From NCBI GenBank assembly GCA_000934665.2, contig JYFJ02001738.1, positions 1 through 64,000 on the forward strand: a DNA stretch of 64,000 nucleotides. Reading direction: 5' to 3'. Source of the DNA: Catajapyx aquilonaris (Eukaryota). Shown piece by piece: positions 51,005 to 64,000 of this stretch (the stretch's first letter is position 1; each line of letters opens with the position of its first letter). Made by a program: the position numbers and the translations under genes. The notes under the pieces were generated by a model. It was not told where the DNA came from. It did no database searches and saw only the letters and a program-made list of their open reading frames with translations.

Positions 51005-51254
51005 TCGCGTCATACTGCTTACGACATTTCTGATGCGGCAGAAGTGCAAATAGAGTTGAGCCGGTGTGAGCCGTGCGAGTAAGAAGAGGTAGGCCTTGAG
51101 TGACGTCACCGGCTTGAGGGAAATGGAGAAAAGGCTTGTTCCCAGCCAGTGACGTCACCCAAGGGCTACCATTTCTTACTCGCACGGCTCGCACTCAATC
51201 ACTTCGATTTGCACGTCTGTCGCATCGGAAAATGTCGCTAGCAGTATGACGGAA
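51005..51254. mobile_element. Palindromic MITE, PIF/Harbinger-like
   Basis: TTA|TCGCGTCATACTGCT ... AGCAGTATGACGGAA|TTA, with a 3-bp TTA flanking duplication and long imperfect internal symmetry (gagccgtgcgagtaagaa / ttcttactcgcacggctc). Confidence 0.7.
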
Positions 51255-51286
51255 TTAACGTCCAGCACTGGACAAATACTACCGTA

Positions 51287-51399
51287 CAGTGCTGGACATA
51301 TTAGCAGTCCCTAAAGATTTATTTTTTGGCATTGGCGGCGCTGACGTTACCTGGAAACTAAGTAAACATTATTAGGGACTGCTAATATGTCCACCACTG
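51287..51399. mobile_element. Tc1/mariner-type MITE
   Basis: TA|CAGTGCTGGACATATTAGCAGTCCCTAA ... TTAGGGACTGCTAATATGTCCACCACTG|TA. Confidence 0.85.
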
Positions 51400-54300
51400 T
51401 ACTACAGTAGTTTCATTTATTCGCTCAAAAAATTAACTACAGGCCTGTCAAAATATTTGTGCAAAGTGCAGCATATTTTAACACCTATAGCTAGGTTGTT
51501 CATGTACTGGAACGTTTCTGTAATAGAGTTGGAGATGGAGTCATCATCATTTTAAAAAAATTTAAAACAAAAAACAGGTATCGGTGAGCAATCTAGACTT
51601 CTGCCGACATACAATTTGCGCAAGCTTGCTGCTTCTGCCCTTGTCAATAAAATATCTTTCTAGTCATCGCCCGGTTCTAGGCCAGCGCCGTTTCGGTTTT
51701 GGAAAAAGCCCGCAGTGACCAGCATCGGCCCCCATAGCGAATCAATAATTTCGCCACGTCCATCTACAATGTGAAATGACCAATATTTGTGAGCACTTAT
51801 GTACGTTATTGATTTTCCCTAGTTGTGCTCTCAAATGAACTAAAGCTGCAAAAAAGGCACGCACAAACCCTCCCCCTTTGCGTGTTTCTCTATGCACGAC
51901 ACACGTCCTTTTTTTTTTTTTCTTTGCAAAAAGTTCCAAGTTCTAAGAGCACCACAGGGCTTCAATTTTCCTCATCAGTATGCTCCCGCTCAGAATATCG
52001 AATTCAAAGCGAACTAAGAGAACAATTTCAATAACACCTGCTGGTATCAAAACGACATAGTTTCCTGCCATCAGGTTAAGGCCAGGAATTTCCTACAAGG
52101 ATCAATACCTTCCCTTGCAATGAACACAAGTGAAGTTATGCGAACCGTTAAGTTCTACATTGCAACTTTTCCTCCCCAGTCCCCACCCCTCAAACAAGCT
52201 TACCACACTATTTGCCAGCATAAATAGATAAGCAGCTTGGATAGTCACGATCCAACAACCACCAGCTTTTGTTCTTGAGTCAACCACACACGTCACATGC
52301 TCTAGGTACCCCCCAAAAAAATCTACCATTTAAATCAATATAGTTGACCAGCCAGCACACTTTCAATTCAAACATCCGTGAGCTGTAATCAGATTAACAG
52401 TCAATATTTTGTTCCGACAATCCGGGTGGAAATGTGTGGACGCGCTGGGAGGGTTGGACCTGCAGGAATAATTCGCTTGTATTTGGTGGTCATCAAAGCA
52501 GAGCCATGTTCTAGTGTACTCTGAGGCCCAACTTCCTCTGGTCCTAATTGTGTTTCGTTCTCAGGAGAAAGAAAAGAGGCGGCTCCTAGGAAAACGAGCA
52601 CAGATCTAATTTCAACGCGCCGTTAATTAGCGCCCGAGTCATACGTCACACCGCCAGATTTGGGGAGGGCCTCTTCCGTCTCTTCTCTGGCGCGAGTAAT
52701 GGCCCTTTTCTCCGTCAGAGACCTGCGAGTTCCCCATTATTAGGGCCGTACGGTTGCGCAACCTAAAAAGGAAGAATCCCCTGGTGGGATGGGATATATA
52801 CACTCGCTTGCTAGAGACTTTAGCGGACTTTAGAGGGATCCGCTTATCCAGGAGGTCAGACTGAAGAAACCTAGCCCCATACGCGGTTGGTTCAACAGCT
52901 TTGCGGAAATCCGGTTGACAAGTGTGGAAAGCTTCACACCCCAGCCAGAACCAATCTACTCCATAATACGCTACCAGGCTTCTACACTAACTCCTAACTC
53001 CTATCACATCAGTCTTATATTATGACCTCGTTACGGCCGGTGTTCTCTTCCTCTTGCTTTTGTAATCTTCTGGAAAAGAAATATTGTCGATGGTATCCCT
53101 GTCTTGGTTGGACACTAACACGGGCTATGGCGTCATGTGCCAATAGGAGGCGTTGCTCTCTCTTATACCCTTTCCAGTCTGGCTTATGGCGGCCATATTG
53201 AGCGAATAAAACAGGTTACAGCTTGATTCTCGGTTACCTCGGACAGTTGAAGTGTCGCAAAAAAAAAAATCATATTTCCTGTTGGTGGACAAAGCGTGTC
53301 TAGCGCTTCAGCTGCAATTTATGAGTGCTGCAATGTACACGGACCGGCACTGTCATTACAAGTGGTCGAGTACTGCGCTACAAGTGTTTATAGTGACTAC
53401 TGGGTATCATTAATATTAATTAAAGTTACACAAGTCTAAAGCGCGCCTCATATTCACACCTGAAACTATAGTGTATGGTGCTGGGTGTTTGGAATGACAA
53501 TTCGAGCTCTGTGTCATCAGCTAGTCGAGCCAGTCATCAAATATGGCGATTTTTCGATGGTATGTTCCAGTTTAGTTGCCGTTGCCTGACCTGATCTCGC
53601 AAATGGAAGGCATGTGCAGTACTGTATGAACAAGTAGTATTATCCTGTGCATTATTCGGTATTCGATAAATCACTGTGGAATATTGGGTATTACAGCCTG
53701 TAGAGTGTTCGAAAAACTATGGTGTATATAATCACAATTCCGGCTACATTATCAACATCTAGTTTCTACCTATACCATCGCGTCAGCGTCAGGTTTTCAA
53801 GTACTGATGACATAATCCGAAGAAAATTCCAATATTGCAGAAAGTTTCGAATTGGCGGTAATGAGCTCAAGAGTTGTTCCTCTTCCTGGAGGTTGGTTAA
53901 TCTTTGCGCGCAGTGCTAATTTCTAGGAGCTGCTTGATTACTGCACAAAATCTTACTCGTGCAGAAATAGTGTATTATATAAGTTACCATGGACATTTTG
54001 CGACGAGGCAACCAAGACATGCACGTATAGATGTTGTTCCTGTAATCTGACAATTAAAAGTTTGCGGAGTATACTTGAGACAAAAGGGTGCATATTCATA
54101 CATGATCAAAATTGATTTATGCCGATCGCATGATTGTATACCGCTACAGAAGTGTAATTACACTACTATTAATCTGGATGACCGAGTCACACCCGCATAC
54201 ATCAAAACTAGATCGACCCGCCGTCATGACAGGGGCTATAGACTATAGTCCCTATTGTGTCCCCTACAACGCATGGCTACCAATATTGGATGTACTGATA

Positions 54301-54578
54301 AAGTTGGGGGGGAAATAAGTCTAATAAGATAAATTCTGAATCTGTCTAAAAATTGTTTTCATTATTTCGTACTGATTATCTCAAATTGGATGAGACTATC
54401 AAAACATTACTGTATAAGTTACCTTCATATGTGTATAGCGAAAGTGGTATCAACAACATGTTCATTACATTGTACAGGACTCAAATATGCTATAGTGTTG
54501 TACACTATAATTTCCCACAAGGGACAAAATTATTACGAAATTAATGTGTTTTTTTATCAAACAATCGAACATAATGTA

Positions 54579-54708
54579 CTATGGGGGCTCAAATTTATCC
54601 TGGTCTTGAAGCAACCCTTCACACAGACACACTTGCTCACCGTGGGGCCTGTGCGAAGGGTTGCTTCAAGACCAGGATAAAGTGGCCAAAACCATTTGAG
54701 CCCCATAG
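54579..54708. mobile_element. TA-flanked palindromic MITE
   Basis: TA|CTATGGGGGCTCAAA ... TTTGAGCCCCATAG|TA, with inner inverted repeat tttatcctggtcttgaagcaacccttc / gaagggttgcttcaagaccaggataaa. Confidence 0.8.
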
Positions 54709-55100
54709 TACAGTACTGTACAGTAGTATCGCTCAAGGCCATAAAATGCAATGAGAAATCACAAACAAGCTGTTATTTGTAGAAATGTCCCTAATTTCAT
54801 ATTGGTTTAAATGTGCATTAAATGATTCTCTGGCCATGAGTTAATCCAATAAGTTTTTCTGATTCTTGACGAAACACCCTGTATTACTGTACTTGACAGA
54901 GGATTTGTAAAACTTAGTTCATTTCCTCAAGAGCGATCCCAATACGTGAAATTTTTCTTCCAACTCGCTGCAGACTATAAATACCTACCATTTACATACT
55001 GTATAAGCTATAAGTTGTAGGACAATGAAACCTCATTATAAACTTCAGCAGCATTGCAAGAGTTACAGTAATACCACACAGCATTTCAACATATATTCTA

Positions 55101-55119
55101 TCTCTCTCTCTCTCTCTCT
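55101..55119. repeat. (TC)n microsatellite
   Basis: tctctctctctctctctct. Confidence 0.85.
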
Positions 55120-58100
55120 GCAAATATGATTGGCACACATTTGTTCAGACCACAAAATACCAGTTTTACTGTCGCCTAATACCCACTGAGAAAATACTCT
55201 CAGCAGTTATAGCAACACAACACTTTGTCTGGGCATGTGGGCGAGGAATTTGTCAGAAAAGAGCTCCCCTCTTTTCTGACAAATTCGTAATATTTCAAGG
55301 AAAAATATGGCCCGTACATTGCGCATCATCCAGCTAAGGGGTACTTTTTGCAAAATGCTCAGTAATAATGAGCACATTTGATAAAGCAAACTATATGAAC
55401 GCAAACAGCCGGAATGGCCCGAAAAAATCCCCTTGAGGAACAGAGTGTAGCGGTAACAAGCCAGTGCACCCTTTTTAAATATTCATTTGGTCGGATCTAG
55501 CCAAAGTTCCAGGGCATAAGCTTTTGCAAATGAAGCCCGCAAAAATCCCCTGTCAAAGACGCCGATCTTTCAGCCCAGCAACTCCGGTCCACTGAAAGGA
55601 GGTCTCAGGATGTCTCCACCCCCTTGCCTAATTGCTTCCTTAGACATATAGATGGCGCCCAAATCAATTGGAAGATGCCTGAGAGAAGGTAATAATGATT
55701 GCCAAGCCCTAGGGCTAGCCTTGTTATATATCGTTCCTCAGGTTCCGTTGTAAACTGAATCCGCTTGGAGGGCCGAGCAAAGTGAACCCCACTGCTAATC
55801 GGTTTTGTTACACAGTTGAAGGGAGATTCCCGTGGACTATATTCCGCCCAAAGCTCACTTTGCTGCACTATCAGTCCAAGTGACGATAAGATCATTATAA
55901 TATAAGCACTGCATGAAACCCGTACTTCCCTCACCCAACTAATGAACCCGCAGAATTACATCCCCCCTCAGAAATCCCAGCCCTTCCATAAAGTTATTCA
56001 CGTAATGAAGCACATTTAGGTGTTCCAGCTCCCTAGAAACGGCCGACAATTACACTACGGCCACCCAGGACAAGTTGTCCTGCCCCTGACCCATGCTGCA
56101 ACCCGGAGGATGCGGGCCCCCTGGTTTTCCTTATGGCATCAACCAGTCTTAATGGAAGGCTGTAACTTGATGCAAAGTATTCCAGGGACCATTAAACTCG
56201 AAATGGATTAGCATATAAAGCTATGAACTTGGGTCCCGCCTACTGAATGAGAGGGGTATCGTTTTCAGACAACTAAATTAGCATGGACGCTCTCGTTATT
56301 CAAGGCTCATATTTCATGGATGCCATTCTCTCGTTATACTGTCGATTAAGCAAAAGGCATGCGCCCAGGCCCAACATTTGACAGCGGTGCATTCGCTTTA
56401 ATTGCGAACAAGTAAGGCTTAGGGCTGCAAAAGCCGGCTGAAGCGACTCCGACAAAACGCTGTTCCTCATTAGGTCTAGTTTTACTATTCCGAAAGTGGC
56501 CTTTTACCCTGCCGAGACCCGCTTAATGACTCTTTATCCAATAAAGGTCATTAGGCCTTTCTCATTGATACGTTAGATTTACAACTGCTGCTCTGGTACT
56601 GAATTGGTGTAATTGCAGCATACTCGGATGTCCTGAACCACTCTTACCTACACCAAAAGTCACCCACTGGCCAATGGAAAAATCGTGTTAGCCAAGATGG
56701 ATATTGCTCAAGTGGGCTCCATTTTCTTGACACTTGAAAGAAACTCGGAAACTTGAATATAGCATGTACTTTTTTTTCTCATACTGTAGCTGGTGTAATT
56801 TCACCGTGCATGTGCTATGGTGCACAAAGTCTGCGATGAAGGCCTATAACGCGTTGCGATTATTTTTAATTCATGACCTCACGGTACTCTTGCTGGTCAA
56901 TTAGAGTAATTTGAAATTGTGAAAGCACTTTGTGGGACACGTAATGGACTGTGATTTATCCCTCCGCACAAATCCTCTTCCTGATAGTTGGCATCCACAA
57001 GCAAAGCTCAACCGCAATAATGCCTGTGGGATTGCCGCGGATTAAATTCCAGCTGCTACACAAATGTTTGAGCCACGAATTTTTGGGACTAAAATTAAAT
57101 TATACGGGGTAATCGTAAGTCTCTTTAGTCTGCACTGTATGACACAAATACTGGGGAGAATCCCCCCCAAACAGCCACTGTTAACTTGCCTAAATGTGGT
57201 AGTTAACCGGGAAAATAGTATCATCCGAAGTAGGTGATGCTACAAAAATGTTGGACGCCGCTTTCTCTCTAGACTATATTGTAGTGCTACTATAGTGCAT
57301 TGTCATGTGAAAAAGCTAGCTGATTGGACAGACGGGGTCACGTATAGGAAATTTTTGGCCTCACGTCACGGGACAAATTTTGCTCCCGGACATGCGTATT
57401 AGCAAAACAAAAATATCCGGTACAGTACACGTTGCCCATTCCGGCACATGACAATGACTTGGACACACAGCAACATGGGTAAACACGGTGTCACCACAAC
57501 ATGTGTGTGGATGGCCTGTCCACCTTCCAACCTTCTTGGCATGGACACCCAAGCGTGAAAATCGTCCCCATTGCGTCGCATCTGTCTGGGACGTCCACTT
57601 GGACCCCATCCCCTTAGCAACAACCCTCATAAGTGTGGTCTAGGAATTACCTTAGTCGCATCCAATCGGCCCGCACCTTCCATTTGTGTTCCGAGAAGCA
57701 AACAGCACATAATGTGATTTGGTCCCCATCTTTTTCCGCCAAGGGGGATTATAAATGTTGGCCGCTTCTTCTTCCTTGCACTTTTGGAAAGGAAAAAGTA
57801 TGGTCGGTAGGCTACGTGCACTCCATTACATCGATTGTCTGCCTGCGAACCAGGGACACAAAGCCCCTTTCTTCATCGGACAGCGAATTCAACTTGCGCG
57901 ACTATTTATGTGCACCTGTTCGCCTATCTTCCCAGCACGATACGCCAGCTTTATTTTCCTAAGGAGAGTAGCTGCATTAAGACATGCTGGAGGAAACAAA
58001 AGGGGGAGGGGACTAGAGGCAATGCGCAATATTCTGCCGGTAATTATATTGCGCCTGAATGCAGCTGTTTCTGTTGTCAAGTCCTTACTGTAACAGCGTG

Positions 58101-61100
58101 CAGGTATGTGGGAACAATGTGGGAGCAACCAGGCATGCCCACTTCACATGTGACACTGATTACACGATGTCGAAAACTAGTAATTAATTGGGTACCCCAG
58201 CACGATCAAACGCCACCGATAATCTAAATTAATAACATTAATATGTGGGGAGGCGCATCAGTCCTGTGAAATCAGTTTTGCGGTTGCATATGCACGTAAA
58301 AACAGCATTAACGTCCACAGTTTTTTTCACTTTCGTCCAATCCACATACTCTTATTCAGCACACTCGTTGCCTCTCCAGCATACTGGTATGCAACTCGCC
58401 TATACCGTGGGTATAATTTTTTTAAATGTTGAGGCCATACCGTGTGTATCAGAATTTGTTGAACTTTCGTGAACCGCCTAGTAATATAGAATCAATAGTG
58501 TCAACCTGTGACGTAATGTTAAATAGGGACATGTAATCTCTCTGACGTGGAGACAAGATTTGTCAAATCCTTCCTGTACCTATAGTGGCTCTGCTTCCGA
58601 CGGGCACAATGAAGGAGCAACTTTCCAATTCCCTCCCCTTTCCTCTCCTGTCCCCATCTCTTCTTCTTCTTCTTTTTTTGCCACTTTTTATTGGTCTTCC
58701 AAAACGGCTTTCGCGCTTTCCAATTTCCGCCCCGGCCTTTCCCATGATTTGCAGTTATATTCCCTGAACTTACCCATTCATGGCTCTCTTGTCGTAATTG
58801 ATTTATCGAACGATTTATCCGCGGTTCTTCCGCGGCGACATGTTTGTGTATGTTTACCTATCTGCAGCCTGTGGGGCACTCTCCTCGCGAAAGAGATAGA
58901 GGGAAGATTTGTTTCCCATTCTGGCTTGGGACCAATCTAATCTACTGCGGACTCGCCCAGCCTCGGGTCCTTTTCCATTCTTTTTTTTTTTGCCAACCCC
59001 CCCCCCTCCCCCATTGCTGGGGGTCCTCCACATGTACATGATCCCAAAGGCTCTGGTGCTTTAATTATGATTGACGAATCTTCCAGAAACACCATCATTT
59101 CCCCCGCAAAACAGGCTTCATAGCGAATCCCCAAGATTTTGGTTGTGGCAAATTCGTCACGGACGGACGGATCCTCTTAACCATGGCAATTCCATAAAAG
59201 TAGAAGACGAGCCCTCCCCTCCTCCCACTTGAGAGAGGAGGGTAGTAGAAGATACTCTGAGCCTTACTGGTGCATCCATCAACGTCGTCGCCAGCCATTC
59301 CCATCTGGCTCATTTTAAAACGCTGTGAGCCTTCCATCTGGACAGGTCCACAATGGCGACGCGAGCTTCCAGTCAAATTGCCCCTCGCAGATAGCGCCAC
59401 TCTCTTGGGGGGTCGAAGGGGGAGAAGAAGCCGCCATCAGATTCCACTCCCTCCCCGCCTTTTCCTCCTCAGACTCTCCCCAGGCACCGCACTCAATTCT
59501 CTCCAGAAAAGTGTTTTGAATTGCATCAATACCATATGAAACCGTTTCTGCAGCCGTCTGCACCGCTGTCTGGACCCGTTTTCTGGAAATTCAAGGCAGC
59601 TGCTGGTGCCGCAATGCATATTCATGCCTGCAAAATTATATATCCGCGTGCTTCTTTTCAGCCTCAGCTCCGGAAAAGTTAACTGTAGCCGAAATAGTTT
59701 TCCATAAAATTATGCTCTGTACTTTCAGTTCTGCCTTCCCAGGTACGGATCAAAGGAAAATTTCTTTTCAGGGCGAACCGGGCTTTAGAGTGCGTTTTGT
59801 ATAATTCAGAGGGGGATATATAGACGTATCTCTTGGTTAAAATGAATAAAATTGAGTGTTTTTCAATGTTGGAACGGATGATGGTGGGGATGAGATGATG
59901 GAAAGTCAGGTTTTCTCTCCCAAAAAATTTAAATCCCCAATTTTGAACAGTTCTTTGACTCGTAAAACCCAACCGGCGGAATTGTTCGCTGCTCCGAATA
60001 TTAATTCCGCCCTCTGGAAGAAACCGATATTAGCAATTTCCGCCATGCTTCTAGACATTACGAGAAAAAAAAATCCCGTACAGTGAAAGGTAAAGAGTCT
60101 TCGAAGCGTTTCATAACGATCAGTAAATCTGGAAGCACCTCTCACCTCCATTAAGAAAAAAGAGCAGCGCACAACGGAAACGCTCTGTCGTCTCATACAG
60201 CCAATTTCCTGAAACACAAAGTCTGGCCTTTGATGGGCCACTTCAAGTGCAAAATCTCTTATAGAGAGAAGACGGGCCCGGTTCCTACACCATTCTGGTC
60301 GCCACGATGTTCCTTGCCTCGTCTTGGCTTCATTTTGTAGATCAGACCAAAAGGCACGGGGTAATGGATCCCTTCCGGTGCTGCCACAAACGAACTCTAG
60401 GCCAGCAAACCGAATTTAGGATCTTCTTTTCTTCTTCTTTCCTCAGCCTCAGCAGAGAGAGAAAAGGATAAGAAAAAAAGGCCTCAAGAACTATACGTAT
60501 GCACCTATCTCAGTGGGTATAGAAATGTTCTATGCTCGACTGAGCCCGACTATTTAAATTGCAAACCTTCCTGAAAGCTCCTTCCCTCAAGCTACAATAA
60601 GGAAGCTGATTGCTTTCTTATGAAAAACCAGACGTTGGAAGAATATTTCTTTCCCAATATTCTTACATGGGAATTCTACATGCGGGTGTGTCGAATACTA
60701 ATGAAAGAAATTTCCATCTAAAGTGGGTTCAAGCCGGCAAGTTTAATACGGATTCGGTGGATTATTTGAATCGAGTCAACCGTTCCGACTTTGTCTCGTA
60801 CCAATCGTGTTTATATTCAGTCAAACTGCGTGAAAGCTCATATAGGCAAAGGTGACAAACTGGGCAGCCTTGCAAATGTTAGCTGATACAAGCGACCTCA
60901 TTGCGGCCATGGCTGAAGCAACCATATTCCTTATGCAAACTGCACTACACTGTACAGTACAACACCCACTACCTACTGGAAATATATGCATCCGAAACGT
61001 ATGCAAAATACTGCAAAGGTATTGAAATTTGATTTTTTTTTGCCCAATTCCCTACGCCTTTCAATACCTGCAAAAATCGGTTCCAAAAAAAGGGGCGCCG

Positions 61101-63012
61101 TGGACAAGTTGCACCCCTCCCATGTTATTATGCGGCAGGAACCACGCCATTAACCTAGTGACGACCAAAAAAAAAATCATCCCCGCTGGCTTCAAAGCGA
61201 CGTAATTTCCAAAATTGGCTCAAGTCGGAAATAAGCGGTACCTGGACCCCTGCGAAGTGACTTCGAAAACAATGCGCCGTGGTGATTATTTCAACTTGTC
61301 CGGCTCGCCCCCGAGATTTGGCATCGGTTCACACAACGATAACACCGAATAATCCATAACCGGAACTTGGAGGAGCGGTTTTCATTAGCAGTAAACGCCC
61401 CTCCTGTTTGGCCTCCCCCCCCCCTTCTCTAGTCAATATCTGTGGTTCCTGGTAATGCCTCCGCCTCCCTCTACACCACCTTAATGAAAAGGGAAGTTCG
61501 ATGGCAACCGGATAACGGCAAATAGCCCACAAGTTGATAGCTATTCTGTTCTCGTCCCATTGAAACAAATACTATGTGCAAACACTAGCGGCTGTGCTGC
61601 TGGTATAAGGAGTGGTGCACACAAAGGCACCGAGTGGAAATTATTATATCCCCAACCTCCCTCTGCAGAGTGCCACTTTCTTTGCTCTTTTTTTAAAAAA
61701 ATGTAAGAAAAAAGGGGGCAAAGATAGCAGGTTATTCCGCCTAGCCTATTCTTACTGGCCCACAAATTTAGGTAAACGATTATTTTCCTCTCGAAATTTC
61801 TGCTCCGAAAGCTCATGCCGAGCTCTGGTTATGGTCCATAAAAATAAAACACCGCTCCTCCGCTGCCCAGACTCACACTCTATTCCCTCCTATTATCATA
61901 TTTCTTCTATTTTTCCAGCCTCTTCATGTCCTGCTTTTTTTCCCCTCCTCCTCCTCCTCTATACAAAGATAAGGACCGGAGGTGCCGCCGCAGCAGGCAA
62001 GAATGCCCGAGATGTGGAGAGAATGGCAACATTTTTGCGAAAAACCATTCGTTTCCACTCAAGTGACAATGCTGCCGTTGACAAAAGTGGGACAAGGGCA
62101 CACTACACACACATTTCCATGTCTACACCCTCTGTGGAATATAAGGCTAGTGTAAAAAAAAAAATTGTACGTGCAGGCGGGTCCCACCTCAACAAATATA
62201 GAAAAAAATAGCACTCACTTTGTAGCATCGGAGATGGAAAATTGCCTGCTGGATTCCCAAATTTCAACTAACGCATGTTAGCAAATATTTGATGATTCGT
62301 CCTAAAAGTTTCCGGTCAAACATACTAATTAGCCATCATTAAGTATCCTCTCTGGCCGCGAACGAAAGCATTTTTCTCGCTCCTACTGCAAGTTCCACAC
62401 TGGCTTTTTTCCGATCGATGCACGTCGTAGAGTTTACTTTTCCATTACACACCTGAAAAACGGTCCTTCCCTTCTAGCTTCCGTCATACAGCTAACCCCT
62501 CCTTCCACAAAACAAACGTTTCCTTCCATATTTCACTTTATGGCAAATAGTCTCAGGCGTCTTGCCAATGAAGCTATACATCACAAGTGACGTTTACGCA
62601 GACGAATTCATTCCTGAAATATGAGGTTTTCCACCACTGATAGCGTTTCTCATGGCTGGCCCTTTTCTAACTGTGTGCACTTTGATTTGAACGCTATTTG
62701 AAAGTGTAAAAAGCATACCCCCACTAGCAAAGGCTCACCACCACTTTGCTTAATGGTGCGCCCAAGAAAACCACTCGCACTTTGCGAATCCCCACGTCGA
62801 ACTAATTTCTAACTACCGCAGTAGCAAAACTCCATAGCAATGAGAAACTTGTCGTATTTGTGAGCCTCAATTTCACTGAAAGCAAACCTTTGCCTTCTCC
62901 CATACAGGATGGTACAAAAAAAACCATCTTGGACGAAACCAAAAAAAATGACATGCAATGGTGCCACTGGCAAATCACGCGAGCGTGATTCGAGTAGACT
63001 TTATCTCATTGC

Positions 63013-63123
63013 GCAGTGGGAAATGAGACTGACAACTTTGTTGAAAACGATACGATACGACACGATGCGATTCTAACTGGATAACAATGGCATTATAATG
63101 TTGTCAGTCTCATTTCCTGCTGC
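63013..63123. repeat. 24-bp inverted repeat around a short (cgata)-like repeat spacer; possible MITE remnant
   Basis: gcagtgggaaatgagactgacaac (63013-63036) / gttgtcagtctcatttcctgctgc (63100-63123). Confidence 0.7.
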
Positions 63124-63512
63124 CAAGAAACCCAAGAGAATTAATTGGGTCCTAGCCTACATTTTACAAACCCATGTGAAAAATCTTCCTTATTTTGAAA
63201 TTAATTTTGGTGTTTTTTGTTTGAAGAAATAAATATTAGTTTTTGATCTATGGTCGATAAAAGATCATAACTGTATCGTATTGCCATCTGACGTCACTGT
63301 TGTCAGAGGCCACGCCCCCGTTTTTCCCGCCAATTTGCGAGTGACTTTTAAACCCCCGATAATTATTAATCGAGGAATGCCATTTTGGTGCCGAAAAGTG
63401 GTGGAATGCATGTTTTTATGTATGGTTGAGCTATTCGTGTACAAATTACCCAAATCCCAGACCAAGGCTAGTACCACATTTATACCGTGTAGACTTGACC
63501 TTGGCGGATAGC

Positions 63513-63694
63513 GTGAACGGCCCGGAAAACTTGAAGTGGCCGTTCACCGAAAGTTCACCATGAAACCTATTTAGGGTCCACTGAAACCGAATCCGAAAAC
63601 AGTTTGTCGGTTTAGCCCCTGATACCTGTTTACAGACAGGCGGACGGACAGAATCGTTCTATAGGACTTTTTCCGATGAGAAAAAGTCTGAAAA
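63513..63694 (-). mobile_element. DINE-1/HINE-like (Helentron-associated) non-autonomous remnant
   Basis: Read on the minus strand: a T run, a short subterminal inverted repeat gactttttc/gaaaaagtc (63665-63688), a (GTCY)n microsatellite (63632-63652) and a distal stem-loop gtgaacggcc...ggccgttcac (63513-63547). This order matches the known DINE-1/HINE architecture. Confidence 0.5.
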
Positions 63695-64000
63695 GGAGTC
63701 AAATTTCGATAGTAAGTGCGCGCATTTTGCACCATAATTGGCAAATAAACAGCTATGCTTTATTTCTTTCATATAAAAATTCGATGTTACAGCTGTAACT
63801 CTATAAGATGCCAGAGATTAATTTCAGGCTACCTGCAGTCTTATATAGTAGGAAGGGAGGGATCAAGAAAAGTGTAATGCATTCTGGCAGCTGACAAGTG
63901 GAATTTGCAATTCGGGGTAAGAGACAGGAAAACTAGTTTCGAAACCATTTTGCGTCCCTACAGACGAGGAGGGGGTGATCTACATGTTCGGGTGGAAAAC

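Larger units (their letters stand above)
50760..51533. mobile_element. Cluster of related Tc1-like MITE copies forming an ~85-bp inverted pair around nested elements
   Basis: 50760-50832 reads TA|CAGTG..TATTCGCTCAGAAATTTT ... AAAATTTCTGAGCGAATACACTG|TA. About 50880-50965 is the reverse complement of about 51447-51533. The same TIR core recurs at about 50981 and, inverted, at about 51418. Confidence 0.7.

Noticed and set aside
23985..52629. Recurring TAATTA homeodomain-like sites (e.g. 23985, 27248, 35800, 52624) as enhancers
   Set aside because: An AT-only 6-mer is expected often by chance, and enrichment was not computed.
61612..62211. 199-aa plus-strand ORF
   Set aside because: GTG start, translation driven by A/T/C runs, no recognisable domain.

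Overview
This is eukaryotic (most likely arthropod) genomic DNA, not a prokaryotic operon, and most ORF-track entries are chance ORFs. The window is mainly the large introns of one minus-strand immunoglobulin-superfamily gene. Four internal coding exons splice in frame at canonical ag/GT sites: 30697-30134, 18939-18601, 16129-16007 and 10480-10334. All are phase 1-1 and together give 1173 nt (391 codons): an acidic, Pro-rich N-terminal stretch followed by three Ig domains. From recall, these closely resemble Drosophila teiresias/faint sausage (CG17716). The signal-peptide exon and the 3' exons were not found and probably lie outside the window. The non-coding space holds a 624-bp fold-back hairpin, two dense clusters of nested MITEs (5.9-8.4 kb and 50.7-51.5 kb), two copies of a tRNA-derived SINE, a DINE-1/Helentron-like remnant and a possible solo LTR. 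The most novel-looking item is a small two-exon, plus-strand orphan gene candidate (41543-42331, about 152 aa, acidic) lying antisense to and probably nested in the Ig gene. No CRISPR array, rRNA or intact tRNA gene is supported.
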